From Octopus bimaculoides (Eukaryota), in assembly GCF_001194135.2 (NCBI RefSeq), contig NC_068988.1:25589427-25653426 (forward strand): a stretch of 64,000 nt of DNA. Reading direction: 5' to 3'. The translations under genes and the position numbers were made by a program. The notes beneath the pieces are model-generated. The model did not search any database. It saw only the letters and a list, made by a program, of their open reading frames with translations, and was not told where the DNA came from. Below, piece by piece: positions 13,582 through 26,882 of this stretch (positions are counted from its first letter, which is position 1; every line of letters begins with the position of its first letter).

Positions 13582-14427
13582 ATATATGTATGCATACACG
13601 TACATACATACACACACGAATCGAAATATTCAAGATTGAGTTAATTTCTTAATACGGTGTGATAATGTCCATCTCCGTACAGAAATAGTTGGGCATAAAT
13701 ATCAAATATACAAATATAAAGTAACTAGTATGGATGGAGTTTGACACAAATATAATCTGGCTGATATGAGTGAGCAATGAACCCCTTTCCAATAACGATC
13801 ATAGAAGACAATATCAATCTGTAACACCAAGACGCAATCATAATATTAAACTGACAAACAGTGCACACGTTTACATTTCGGTGATTCAATCATACCGACA
13901 CGAAGTTCTGGTTAACTATGGGAAAGCATTCATCCCGCCATCTCTTCATATAAGTCCATATGAAAGATGTCTCATGACATAAAACAGTGATTGCTTTGAA
14001 CTGCATATAGTTTCCATACATACATACACGCACACATACATATGTGTGTGTGAGCGCATAAGTGCGTGTGGATATTTACTTGTATATGTAGTTGCGCATA
14101 ACCAAACACACACATACACACACCAACATATCTATATATATTTATATATTTATATATATAAAATTGTGAGTCACACATGCACTTATTCAGTACAGCATTA
14201 GTTCTTGTAAGCGGGCGAAAATATTTAAACTCTAGGAGTGTGTATGTGTGTGTGTGTGATTACACACACTGGGTGAGTAGACTAAATGTAACCAGATGTT
14301 CGATTGAAAGACATGTTTGTATTATTTTTCTGAAGAAATAAATATCAAAATATTTAACAAAAGGTATTTTACAGGCCATCTTATGTTAGTAATATGCGTA
14401 TGTAGGCTTCTGCATTTTTATGAGTAA

Positions 14428-14474
<47 letters not shown>

Positions 14475-14722
14475 NNNNNNNNNNNNNNNNNNNNNNNNNN
14501 NNNNNNNNNNNNNNNNNNNNNNNNNNNNNNNNNNNNNNNNNNNNNNNNNNNNNNNNNNNNNNNNNNNNNNNNNNNNNNNNNNNNNNNNNNNNNNNNNNNN
14601 NNNNNNNNNNNNNNNNNNNNNNNNNNNNNNNNNNNNNNNNNNNNNNNNNNNNNNNNNNNNNNNNNNNNNNNNNNNNNNNNNNNNNNNNNNNNNNNNNNNN
14701 NNNNNNNNNNNNNNNNNNNNNN

Positions 14723-14755
<33 letters not shown>

Positions 14756-17379
14756 GCTTTTACACACTTACTCCCACTTCGATGTATTTGGTATGTGTTA
14801 TTTATTTATTTTGTGTGTGTGAAAAATTGATCCAGCCTGCACAAAAGAATAAATTCGGAAGGCAACTACTGAGATGAAAACGAGTACACCAGAATACAAT
14901 GTGTGTCTTTTATCAAAGACCAGCAATTGACACTTTGCAAGATGTTCCTCGTCAATAATCAGGTAAATGTATAGACATCGATTGCTTATTGGCATTTTGC
15001 CGAAAGACGGAATTACGCTTCAGTCGTAATGGAGCTGTAAATTAAACTGAGGTTGTATCGCTGTAATTTCAAGAAAGTGCTGGATGAGTAAATTAATCAA
15101 AGACGTTGAAACAATTCGTTTGTATTACTTGCACCAACTTTTCCAATGTGTACTTTAAGAGAGCTGGGTAAAAATTTCGATGAATTTTTGCTGCTACTTC
15201 TAGCCAGACGAGAAACAGCCTAAATATAAGCATTTATAGGGGTAAAACATCTTTTTAAGTCATAAATGCGTCTGGTTTTTTCACGCAAAAACAGACATAC
15301 GAATGTGTGTATCACTCTTTCGCATGTACTTAAATATTTATAAATTGAATAAGCTTCTCAGATGTACAGTGTTGCAAAAATGTGAAAATTTGCATGAATG
15401 CACAATTGCAACAAAATAATTCTGTGCAACATTTCTTTGCTATAAAAATTTCTAGTTCAAACCCTTCCAAACTGACACACATATATAAAGAGATGTTTCA
15501 TACAATCCATTCATTTTTGTGCACTATGAATGTTTATATATATATATATACATGTATGTGTGTGTGCACCCTAAATCATGCGCCTCCACTCACACGCTTA
15601 CACACACACAAACACACACACACACATGCCACACATACATTATTTTTCATAACATAATTAAACGCAATAATGGATTCATAGTAACAGCATATTCAAAACA
15701 ACTATTTTATATGTGACAAAAATATTTCATTCATTATCTCCATTATTTTAATCACCTTTTATTATTCCTAACTAAATGATAGTAAATTAATTGTTACCAT
15801 ATTTTAGTAATGGTTATCATATTTAATGAAATGTTGAAATGTTAATGAATTATAATTATATCATGTTTGATGTGCATGGTATACTTCTTATAAATTCTGG
15901 CCTAGCAAAAGAAATTTAATTTAATATCCAATTCAGTTGAGAGAAAATTTGAAACTTAACAGCAAGGAAAAAAGATAGGATTCGTTTTGGATTCATAAGA
16001 CCTCATCAGTAAGACAATTATGTTGTTACTGTAGATATTAAGATGTTTGGAGAGATGTGTAGGTCAGCCATGAATTATGGGTGGCGTGATACTTAAGAAA
16101 TGAACAGGTGGGAAAATTCAGAGACATATGTTGCATGAAAAATAATTAATAAATAATTGTGATAGTGATTGCAGGCCTGATAAAATAAGCCGAAACATTA
16201 ATTAACTATAATTAATTACCATATATCACTTTATCTGAGTAATCGCATTATCTTACTGATTAAGTATCTAGAAATGTCGCATTGAAAAGATCCCGAAGTT
16301 GTTTCTACTTATTCAGTTTAGAAAATGTTAATATTTGAATTTTCTTTCTACTCCTTCTGAGGAAACGTCTGTTTACCTGATGAATTTTAAATTCAATAAC
16401 AGACAGGTGGAAATTAACTGGAGTCATTGTCAAGGTTTTAGCACAATTCAATCCAAAGAGAAAATCTAGAGTTGAAATTGTTTATATTACCAATGAAATA
16501 TCTTGAATTTTTTCTACGTTGCCCTTTATTAAATTGGAAATTGCATATTAATGCCTAGTTGAGTGTGAAGTTGATTATGTTCATTTCTTCCTTTCTTTCT
16601 AACGGATATTTTGTTTACGTTTTCCAATTAGAATGAAGTGAATAATAATAAATTAATAACATAGGATGGCATGCTTCAAACTTTCGTAAATTAACCATTC
16701 TGTTGAAATTTTTCAGCAAATTCTATATGTTAAAATAAAAATAATAAAATAACTTTACTCGGGATATTGACAGATAACCTTTCAATAAATAAATCTTATT
16801 TAATATTTGTCATTTCAATGTATATAAAATAGAAAGACCCAATAGCGACGTTCTGTTTTAGAAAGGTTTGTTTAGTTTTCCTTGAGTAAATTTAATTTAA
16901 GTCCAGCAATTGAAATATCCTCAATGGGGAATGCTGTTAAATACTGTAAACAAACTGTCAGCTAAAAATGAAGCAGTAATTATAAATATATATTATTGAA
17001 ACTGATGCAATAAATGGGATGTTACGTTTAAAATAAATAGCTCAGGAGGTAAAGTTGTATCATGTATCAATAAATATGTTCGACAAAGCGGCACGCGTCA
17101 TATTTAACGGATTTAAGAATAAATCTGTGAAATATCTCGCATTTAATATATAATTAGCTTTGAAAACATTTAGGAAACAATGTTAATACAGACAACTGTA
17201 TGAGGGGGAAATGAAATTTATACAAAAAATTTTCAAAATGTATTTTTATTATGTACTACGTGGCTGGTAAGTAATTAATTCTACGTTTGTAGACACATCC
17301 CATTTTGCAGAGTGTGCATTGTGAATTTCATGCACATACACACAAACATATATACATATAAATATGCATATTAATATAC

Positions 17380-17420
<41 letters not shown>

Positions 17421-17567
17421 NNNNNNNNNNGGGTATTGGATTTAACCAAACCCAAAAGGATACAGGTAATACCGAGTAAGTGCTGTATACAGACTAGTTT
17501 GCCCCAGTCGTTGTATGAACAGGATTGGGGATTATAAGTCGTGTATTAGCGTGTGTATGTGTAAATT

Positions 17568-17664
17568 TATAAAAATAAAAAGATAAAGAGAGCAAAGGTA
17601 AGGTTGGAGAAGTATTTTACTTCTCCAACCTTACCATTGCTCTCTTTATCTTTTTATTTTTATA
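17568..17664. repeat. Near-perfect inverted repeat, 47-bp arms with a 3-nt loop
   Basis: 17568-17614 pairs with 17618-17664 at 46/47 positions; the only mismatch is A17596/A17636. Confidence 0.95.
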
Positions 17665-18260
17665 TAAATGGCGCAAGGGCGCAGATAAGAGTATAGTTAC
17701 ACGAGTAACATGATGAGAAATTAAATTTACTGTGATATAATTTAAAAGCTAATTAAAGGAACCTGGTTTTTACAAGGATTAGAAACGTTTTGGGAAGAAA
17801 CTAATTCCACCATTTCCTTCCGTGAAATACAACAAGGAAGTTATTGACTAAGAGCTCGATGCCATTTATATATATATACCGCAAAAAGAAGTGGTTATCT
17901 TACAAGTAGAGTATGTGAAAGTAGAATGCATAGTATGCCGGTAAGCAAGATTAGATGTTAAGTACTTTGTAAGAGTAATATGCAGCCTAGCTTCAGATTC
18001 TAGCAGTTACGTAACTTCTTCTAACCCAATATTAATATGAATGAATATAGCCAAAACTTTATGAAGCAGAAGTACTGAGCATTATAATTTTACCACAATA
18101 ATCAAATGGAGAATATCATGTATTTCATTAATCTAGCATTGCATCTCATTATTCTCTACTTGCTGACGGTGAAGGATGTAATCATTAGTTTTTAGTGTCA
18201 GATATTCCCACATGTGCATGTAAATATGTATCTATGCATGTGTATGTGTTCATGTGCTCA

Positions 18261-18295
<35 letters not shown>

Positions 18296-18310
18296 GCATA
18301 TATATATATA

Positions 18311-18405
18311 CATATACATTGATATGTGTATGCCTATATATATATATACACGTATATATATATACATATACATTGATATGTGTATGCCTATATCTATCTG
18401 ATATA
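18311..18405. repeat. 54-bp-period minisatellite running into a gap
   Basis: catatacattgatatgtgtatgcctatat occurs at 18311 and 18365. Confidence 0.85.
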
Positions 18406-19323
18406 NNNNNNNNNNNNNNNNNNNNNNNNNNNNNNNNNNNNNNNNNNNNNNNNNNNNNNNNNNNNNNNNNNNNNNNNNNNNNNNNNNNNNNNNNNNNNNN
18501 NNNNNNNNNNNNNNNNNNNNNNNNNNNNNNNNNNNNNNNNNNNNNNNNNNNNNNNNNNNNNNNNNNNNNNNNNNNNNNNNNNNNNNNNNNNNNNNNNNNN
18601 NNNNNNNNNNNNNNNNNNNNNNNNNNNNNNNNNNNNNNNNNNNNNNNNNNNNNNNNNNNNNNNNNGGGGGTGAGTGTGTGTGTGTATAAATATATATATA
18701 TATATATACGGAGGAAAAGAGGGACAAAAAGACTGACAGCAATGGTGGAAGCAAAAGAGAAAAAGAAGCACGTTAAAAATTGCGCTCATACATATTATAC
18801 CACGCAATTGCGCTCAATCGATGCATAATTAATACCTAAACAGGACAACATTGATCAAGAATAATCGAATAGATATGAATGTATAATGAAAGATAAATCA
18901 TTTAATTTGCTTTGAAATAAAATACTTTACAGAAACAACATACATTGACACAGAAATTACCATCTATTACTTTAGAAAAACAAATAATGATTTCTTATAC
19001 TAGCATAATACCATGAATCTGAAGTATCATCGCTACTGTGTAGTTGTAATAATCGAATCCGGCATATTACGTGTATTAATTTCATCGACACGGAGGATAA
19101 AAGGGAAAAAATTGTAAATCAATAAATATAAGCAATAAATATTAAATAATAGCTAGGCGGTCCCTGTTGAATATAGCTTCATCACCAAACAGGACGAGAA
19201 CGAGGTATAGGTTGCAAATGATTACTGTTGCCAAAACAAAAGAAAAAATAACAAAAGCAAAAATAAAAATACACCCATATCAAGGTGCGAAGATATGCGC
19301 GCGATAAAAAGATTCGCTTAATA

Positions 19324-19373
19324 TTCTGAATTCCCTCTCGCTGCGCAGTTCTGAATTCCCTCTCGCTGCGTAG
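19324..19373. repeat. 25-bp tandem duplication
   Basis: ttctgaattccctctcgctgcg(c/t)ag occurs twice, 24/25 identical. Confidence 0.95.
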
Positions 19374-19687
19374 ATACGAATTCAATCCTACTTGAATACG
19401 TATAATTTAGTATAAATATGAGCTATCAAATATATTCTGGTTTCAATTTTTATTACGCATTAATCAAAAGAGACGTGTTTTGTTACTCATGGTCAAATGT
19501 GTCTTGCTAAATGAGCATACACACACATACACACATACACACACATAGACACACACAAACACACTTATGTATGTGTGTGTGCGTGCATATATGTATATAT
19601 CTGTCATTCTCACAGGTGTTTGGTTAATACCTTAATTTTATTTTGTACAGAAGCACTCCGAAAAAGCCTGTCGGACAGATGACCCCA

Positions 19688-19688
<1 letters not shown>

Positions 19689-19740
<52 letters not shown>

Positions 19741-19870
19741 GTCTGTCTATCTGCCTGTTTGTCTACCTGCCTACCTGATCGCCTGTCTACCTGTCTGTCT
19801 GTATACCTATGTATGTATGTGTGTGTGTGTGTGTGTGTGCGTGCGTGTGCGTGTGCGTGTGTGTGTGTGT
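19689..19870. repeat. (ATCT)n grading into (GTCT)/(GCCT)n and (GT)n
   Basis: Read directly from the sequence. Confidence 0.93.
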
Positions 19871-20249
19871 GAAATGGGGCTTTCAGATATGGTTGGAAAT
19901 GAATGAATGCGCAAAATCGGATATTCGACAAATGAACTCAAGCGTAGATATCATTGAGCCTTCAGACACAAAGCAATGAAGAACACGACCACGTTATGAC
20001 ACAACTTTTTACATGATACTCTTGACTGAAGCTTCGCCATATAGCGACAAGCGAATAAGATATAATATTTGCACTAAAAAAAAAAAAAACTATTAAACTC
20101 TTAGCAAATACAGAAAATTTTCGAAAATTTATTGCACTTTCCTAAATTAGAAAGACTATAATTTAGGAAAACGCAATAAATCTCGCGGCCCACGGGGTTA
20201 GAATTGAGTCGTACTGATACTACAAATATTTCACACCCCATATAAGCAA

Positions 20250-20640
20250 CATAATACTCATGCTTTAACATAAGAACACAAACAAAGGCACTATAATATG
20301 TAACACTACTACAAATATTATATACCCCGTACTCCGACATTTTGCATAAACATAAAATAACAACACTTATATAAACACGTCTCATGCAAATACATAACTG
20401 AATGTGGAATAAATTCCTATGAAATATCCCCCATGGTCGTATGCAACCCTAGCTATATAGGTGACTTAAACATTCATTACTAAAAAGCCTCCACTGACTT
20501 CCCTTCTTCAATTCTCTCATAATCTCAATAACGACCACGTTATAATTATCGACTTCATTTTTGCATACGCCTACACCACAGACATAATTGGAACTATTAT
20601 CAAACTTATCAACAAATAACCTATAGTAATTATTTAATGA
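20250..20640 (+). mobile_element. Possible decayed APE-type endonuclease of a LINE
   Basis: Manual translation gives ILYTP...SYIGDLNIH...VIIIDFIF in shifting frames, resembling the APE motifs IYAP, GDFN and IDYI in the right order. Many stops. Confidence 0.25.
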
Positions 20641-20975
20641 GACTAATACATTAATCATAATATTGATAATATCAATATATTGATATTACCATGATAACTA
20701 GATTAACATGTTCTCTTTTCCTATTTTTAGTGTCTTCAGTGGTTTTCCTAATATGTTAGTGATACAGTCTCTGTTTATTGTTATCATTATTAACATTACT
20801 ATTGCTATTATTACAGTCGCAATTGCTGCTATGATTGTTACAATTATTAATGCTGTAATAATAATTATTGATAATTATTAATATTACACATAAAATATAT
20901 TCTAATAATGAAAAAACATTTTGTTATTATTAATATATCATCATTAGAAATAAGAATCAATTATATTATTAATAG

Positions 20976-21093
<118 letters not shown>

Positions 21094-21519
21094 CGCGCGC
21101 GCACTCACAAACACAAACATATGTATGTGTGTATATATATATCTACACATAAACTCACACACACACATATATACGTACGTAGATTTATATCTGATGGATG
21201 AGAGGCGTGCTTCATATACGTTGTAGAGGATATGCTTTTATTGAATCAGTAAGTGAATGCTTGTCTCGCAGTTCGAGTTTCATGTACTTTCCGTCTTGAT
21301 GCAAGGACTGGGGCAACCTGTATTGGTGGTGAATTTACATCGTTTGTTATTGTGTGGTCCGATGTTTCGTTGGTTCATTAGTGTTTGCGTTACATGTTTA
21401 TTGATTGGGTGCTGTTTTCTGGGCTCTTCATTTATTGTTTAGGTTATTTTTTGTTTGATACTTGTTTTTATTTCTGGAAAATATCGGTGGGAGTGTATGT
21501 AATGAAATTGGAAGTAAAT

Positions 21520-21795
21520 GGACACAGCTTAGTGGTTACGATGTTCGGCTTACAAACTTAAGATCGTGATTTCGCTTCCCGCCGGTGTGCTGTTTCCTTG
21601 AGCAACAGATTTTATTTCTCGTTGCTCGAATTCACTCAGCTGGCAAAAATGAGTCGCAGGAGTAATTAAAAGGTCCAGCCATGTCACATTCTGTGCCACG
21701 ACTGCTCAGCGACTTGCACGTTGATTTCATGAGCAAGCTATTCCGTTGATTTCAGCAACTGGAACACTCGTGGTTGTAATTAACGAAGTACCAGT
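21520..21795 (+). mobile_element. SINE family B (internally deleted)
   Basis: cagcttagtggttacgatgttcggc...ccttgagcaa...cactcagctggcaaaaatgagt is homologous to 2575-2878. Confidence 0.7.
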
Positions 21796-22559
21796 AATAA
21801 AATTGCATTGTGTTTGTTGGTGTGCTGGTGATGGTGCGTTTCTCTTCAGCGATGCATTTGTGTGTGTATTTTTAAGGTTGTAAGTGTTGTCTAGTGACAG
21901 ATTCATTAAGTGTGATGATATTCGCAAAACTAAATTTAGCGAAAGATGCATTTGATCGCTGAATAAATGTGGATGGTTAATCCGTGAGGGAATACTCGTT
22001 TGGTATGGAATTTTTCTTGACTTGTACACGTAAAAGATAAACAATGTAGCAATCAGAAATAAGCACCGAATCAATAATTGCGAAGCACAAACCTCTGAAC
22101 AAAAACACCAAGTCACACATTCACAGTCAAATACATACATACATACATACATAATACATACATACATACATACATACATACATTCAAATTCAATTTGTTA
22201 ACTAGAAAGCTTAAAATGATCCTAAATATTTTGTGCGAATTTCAGCTAGGACAAATCTTGGCGAAAGCATCTTACCATAAGCATCAAATGAAGACGACTA
22301 GAACTGAAGTTCATTTTGGAACATAATTGAGGACTCCGAATTACTGATACGGTGCAGCTCATAGGCGACATTCCTTTCTTAGACAGTTCTATTCCCCCGA
22401 TACATGCACAACCTCATAGAACATATAACATATACAGGAATAGACCATCCGTTTAACTGGCACCATGTCTATCAAAATCATACTCGAATTACTGCTACAG
22501 AGAGGCACGGGTCTCAACTCAGTTATTTCTGCCCCAATGATATCTCATCTTAGTTCTTT

Positions 22560-22730
22560 TTATCCAATACTGCCATCTATCTCAGACCACCAGACTCGTA
22601 CATTACTTTTCTCTACCTCGGCTTTCTCGAAGCCGTTCTTTGCTAATGAACTTCCTTCGGATGTTGACTTGCGGTTGCTCACTAAGAACAGTAACAGTAT
22701 CAATCTTTCAAGTGTGGAGAGCGAATATTA
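22560..22730 (+). mobile_element. Possible CR1/L2-like LINE 3' end remnant
   Basis: Reads ...ANELPSDVDL..., resembling the C-terminal WN-x-LP-x-x-V motif of CR1/L2-group ORF2. Weak. Confidence 0.25.
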
Positions 22731-23005
22731 CGACACCTTCTTCCTCAGATATTGTAAATGCATATAAACTACACACGCATTATATGAATATACGCACGCG
22801 CACGCAAGCACACACACAGAAACACATATACACACACAAACACACACACAGATACACATACACACAAACAAATATATATGTTTACGGGTACACACAGACG
22901 CTTACACAGACACAGGCACAGACACAAATACACATATAAATGTAATTTGTCGCGTCAAGAGTAAGGAAAATATACGCATATGTATGCAATATATGTATAA
23001 ATACA

Positions 23006-23130
<125 letters not shown>

Positions 23131-26100
23131 ATGCATCTATACTTACACATATACTGATATGTGTAGTGTGAGTATGTACCATTTTGCTGCAGTCTGTTGA
23201 TGGCCTAACATAATCAGCTATATGTATTAAGTTTAGTGTGTATCATACTGGGAAGTACATTACTTGTGTGTTTAAGAATTTATGTCACAGCTAATCAATT
23301 TCATTATATTAACCTAAATGGATTCAAAGATGAAATACTTGGCATGCGATGCCTACATTAACTATAAATTGGCAAGCTACCAATTTTTCTATTTGCTATT
23401 TTCTACGATATCTAATGATGAAATGGAAATTTCACTGAAGTTGACTTTTCTTGACCAGAGTTGCTAAGCTTCATTTCGAATTCATTTATTTTCACATAAA
23501 AACAAGTAACGTTTGTAGAGTCTGATTTTCGTCATATTAACTTGCCACGATTTTCACTCACAACATCTGTCCGATGTATTTAATACATCAACCAAAGTAC
23601 AAAATAGTCCTACCTGAAATATTTGACATTAGTGAGTCTGTCAAGTGTAAACTCAAATACTGAAGAGAATTTTCGAACGTTTTGTTTTAGATTACCTATC
23701 ACTATTTGAGGTGAACGTCACAAATATTTAATGAATATGTTTAAAATACTTGGCAGAATAATCCAAAACATAGATGGAAGACAACATCGAATCTTCATAT
23801 GAAGTTCGTTGACAATTATAACTGAGAATATATGGGGAGAATTTCTAATACCTATACACAAGTGAAAATGTTCTGTTTAAACCTTATAATCAGCTACAAG
23901 GATGAATTCGTATGAAGGAGTCTCTGAGTAACTGATTACTATAAGTAGCTGCAAAATTCCCTCTGCAATAAAAGGGAATAACTCAATGGCCAATGTTGTT
24001 TCAGATATACTAGTAGACACGTTGGCCAGTGACTAAATGCCTTTGAATCTACGACCTCGCAAACATGGCTGGTTTAAGATTTAAGATCAATTCGCAGATC
24101 TCAAATCTTACAAAGTCTGAAAATATTTTTTCAGTTTTAGCATGGAAGTTTCAATTACTTATAATGTGACCAAATATTGTTTACATATTAACTCATCTCA
24201 CCGAATCTCCCCTCAACATTTCCCACTATTTAATTTATGGGCTCGAGTTTTCGAACCATAAAGATTTTCCAATTTGATCTGACAACGTACCATCCAGGTC
24301 ATGATTATAAATTCGCTCATGCAGTAAATCAGTATAAACATTAAAATGTAATGAGGGTAGTGGTTCATTTAAATAGGATGACATTTTCTTTATCTATGAG
24401 AAACATTTGATTTGGAGAGATTATCGCAGTTGCTGTTGCCGTATATACAAGATTGTATTAATCCTCAGTACACATTCCTGATGTGATGGAGGTTGAGAAT
24501 GTTTACAAGCTTGCAGATAATTGTATCAATAAGATAAGATACTGCACATGAAATTGCTGGGTTATTGGTTGAATGATATGAATACTTCAGATTAGTCCCC
24601 AAAATTCCTAGATTATTTTCCAGGTAGGTCTAGATATATTTAGATGCCCAATTATCTAGTCCAACACCTATAGGCCATTCTAAATCGATCGGACTCAGAT
24701 ATGTGTTGAGAACATTTGGTGAAATGGTTCTGCGGAAAGAAAGTTATGTACGAAGTGGAAGTGAAATAGGAGTGTTTAATGCTATTGTTAAACGCTGGGT
24801 GATTCCAATCTATCGAAATGATTTATTATCAGTGGCATTCAAATCGAGAACACTAGGTGTTTTTTTCCGGACAATTTATTGATGCTATATTATGCTATTA
24901 TCTCCAGTCTATCGTATCCGCCTTTTTAGTTAGCATCTCAAGCGACAATGTAGATGCTAACTTGTTGACTGATGCAGAGTAGTCGTAATCTGAGATGCAG
25001 TGGAAAACGAACACAGTTAAGGATTGCTAGTTCAGAAATTGTAAGCTAAGAGAGAAATAGAATATTGCATATGAATATCTTGAAGGAAGATAAAGATGAT
25101 TGAAGTATATATAATTAAATTGGCCACATACAACAACAATGAAACGAACAGTGAAATCTATGCATAGCTGATAAAGTGTGGATTATTAACCGAATATTTC
25201 TAATATACACTAGGGGTTGAGTACAATAAACTACTGTTGACTAATATGTAAGTAAAATAAGGCATTCAAATCCAAAATAATCTCCTCAATACACAAAAGA
25301 AAAAGAACCAATAAAAACAAACAACACACTTTCTAATATTGATTTTCAAAGAGAACCGATTTCATAAATAGACTAAATAGATTTTTCTTTTTATTTGAAA
25401 AATATTTTCAAGTATTTTTCTCCATTAATTTTTAGCTTTTGTTTAATATCGTTTTCTGTGTAATTATATTGTTTAGAGCCCTGATGTGAGAGTAATAATG
25501 GACGAGATAAATGTAAATATTGAAAGAAAAAAGTAATCTTGTTTTCTTTTTTAATCATTATTTTCATCTAACGGCATTCCTGTAATCATAGTCCAATAGG
25601 TCAACGGTCTAATATAATCAATTTCAGTAAACAAAGAACGTATAATCTTTATTATTTTCTTTTTCTTTAAGTTTCATTTTCTTCTATTAGCTTGTCATTT
25701 GGTATGCATATTGACAAAACTGAATTAATTTTATTTTTAATTTTAAAACTTCTCGTAGGAAATAATAGAACGTACATAATAAGCATTGTGTTTTGAGGAG
25801 GGGATTCTATTTATTTACGATGTATGTTTGTAAATAAAAGAAACAGTAATCATTACTAAGTTATTCAAATAAATAATTTTATTTTATCTATGAGAAACTG
25901 AAATATCGAATATAGATGAGCATTGTGTGTTCTATATAACTTATATATATATTCTTTCTGGAGAGTAAACAGGCTTTACATATATCAGTTAAATATTGTT
26001 CGATGTAATTTCAATAGAAAATATCTATGTTCATGCAGACGCACAAATGCACACGCACATACATGATTGTACATATTAGATAAGGAGATGAAACAAAAAA

Positions 26101-26194
26101 AAACATAGTCAAAATCTTTGCCCATGTCTGTATTTTCTATAGAGTTGATCTTATGTTCGAAATATTTTCTGACAGATACGGTAGTTTACGTAGT

Positions 26195-26400
26195 CGATAA
26201 GTTGTCAGAATCGTTAGCGTGTCCGAAAAATAGTTTGCATTAATTCTTCTGTCTTTACTCTCTGAGTTCAAATGTCACCGGGGTCAACTTTGCTTTCCAT
26301 CCTTTCGGGTTTGATGAAATAGTACTAGCTGAGCACTGGGGTCTGATATAATCGTCTTCCCCTCCCCTCGAAAGTGCTGGATTTGTGACAAAATAACATA
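26195..26400 (+). mobile_element. SINE family A (diverged)
   Basis: cagaatcgttagcg...ctgagttcaaatgtcaccggggtcaactttgctttccatcctttcggg. Confidence 0.75.
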
Positions 26401-26659
26401 AGGCACAGGAGTAGCTGTGTAGTAAGAAACTGCTTACTAACCACATGGTTCCGGGTTCAGTCACACTGCGTGGCACCTTGGGCAAGTGTCTTCTACTATA
26501 GCCTCGGGCCGACCAAAGCCTTGTGAGTGGATTTGGTAGACGGAAACTGAAAGAAGCCTATCGTATATCACGTCATGTACCCAGTTATGTATCTATATGT
26601 ACATGTAGATGAAGTTATGTACATACATGTACATATATATGCATATACTCATATATTAT

Positions 26660-26721
<62 letters not shown>

Positions 26722-26882
26722 TCGTGTGTTTGTGATTGTCCTCCCAACATCTCATGACAGCCGATAGAATAAGTACTAGGCTTACAAAGAATAAGTCCTG
26801 GGGTCGATTTGCTCGACTAAAGATGGTACTCCAGCGTGGCCACAGTCAAATGACTGAAACAAGTAAAAAAGTAAAAGAGTAA
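26401..26882 (+). mobile_element. SINE family C, full length, with an internal (TA)/(TG) microsatellite
   Basis: Head 26401-26567 has A-box-like tagctgtgtagt, B-box-like gggttcagtc and ccttgggcaagtgtcttctactatagcctcgggccgacc. Simple repeats fill 26568-26720. The 3' half (26721-26882) ends tgactgaaacaagtaaaaaagtaaaagag. Confidence 0.85.

Noticed and set aside
21250-21480. Possible PLE RT-EN linker on the minus strand (YFPEIKTSIKQK...NKRCK)
   Set aside because: Similarity is too weak to support by eye.
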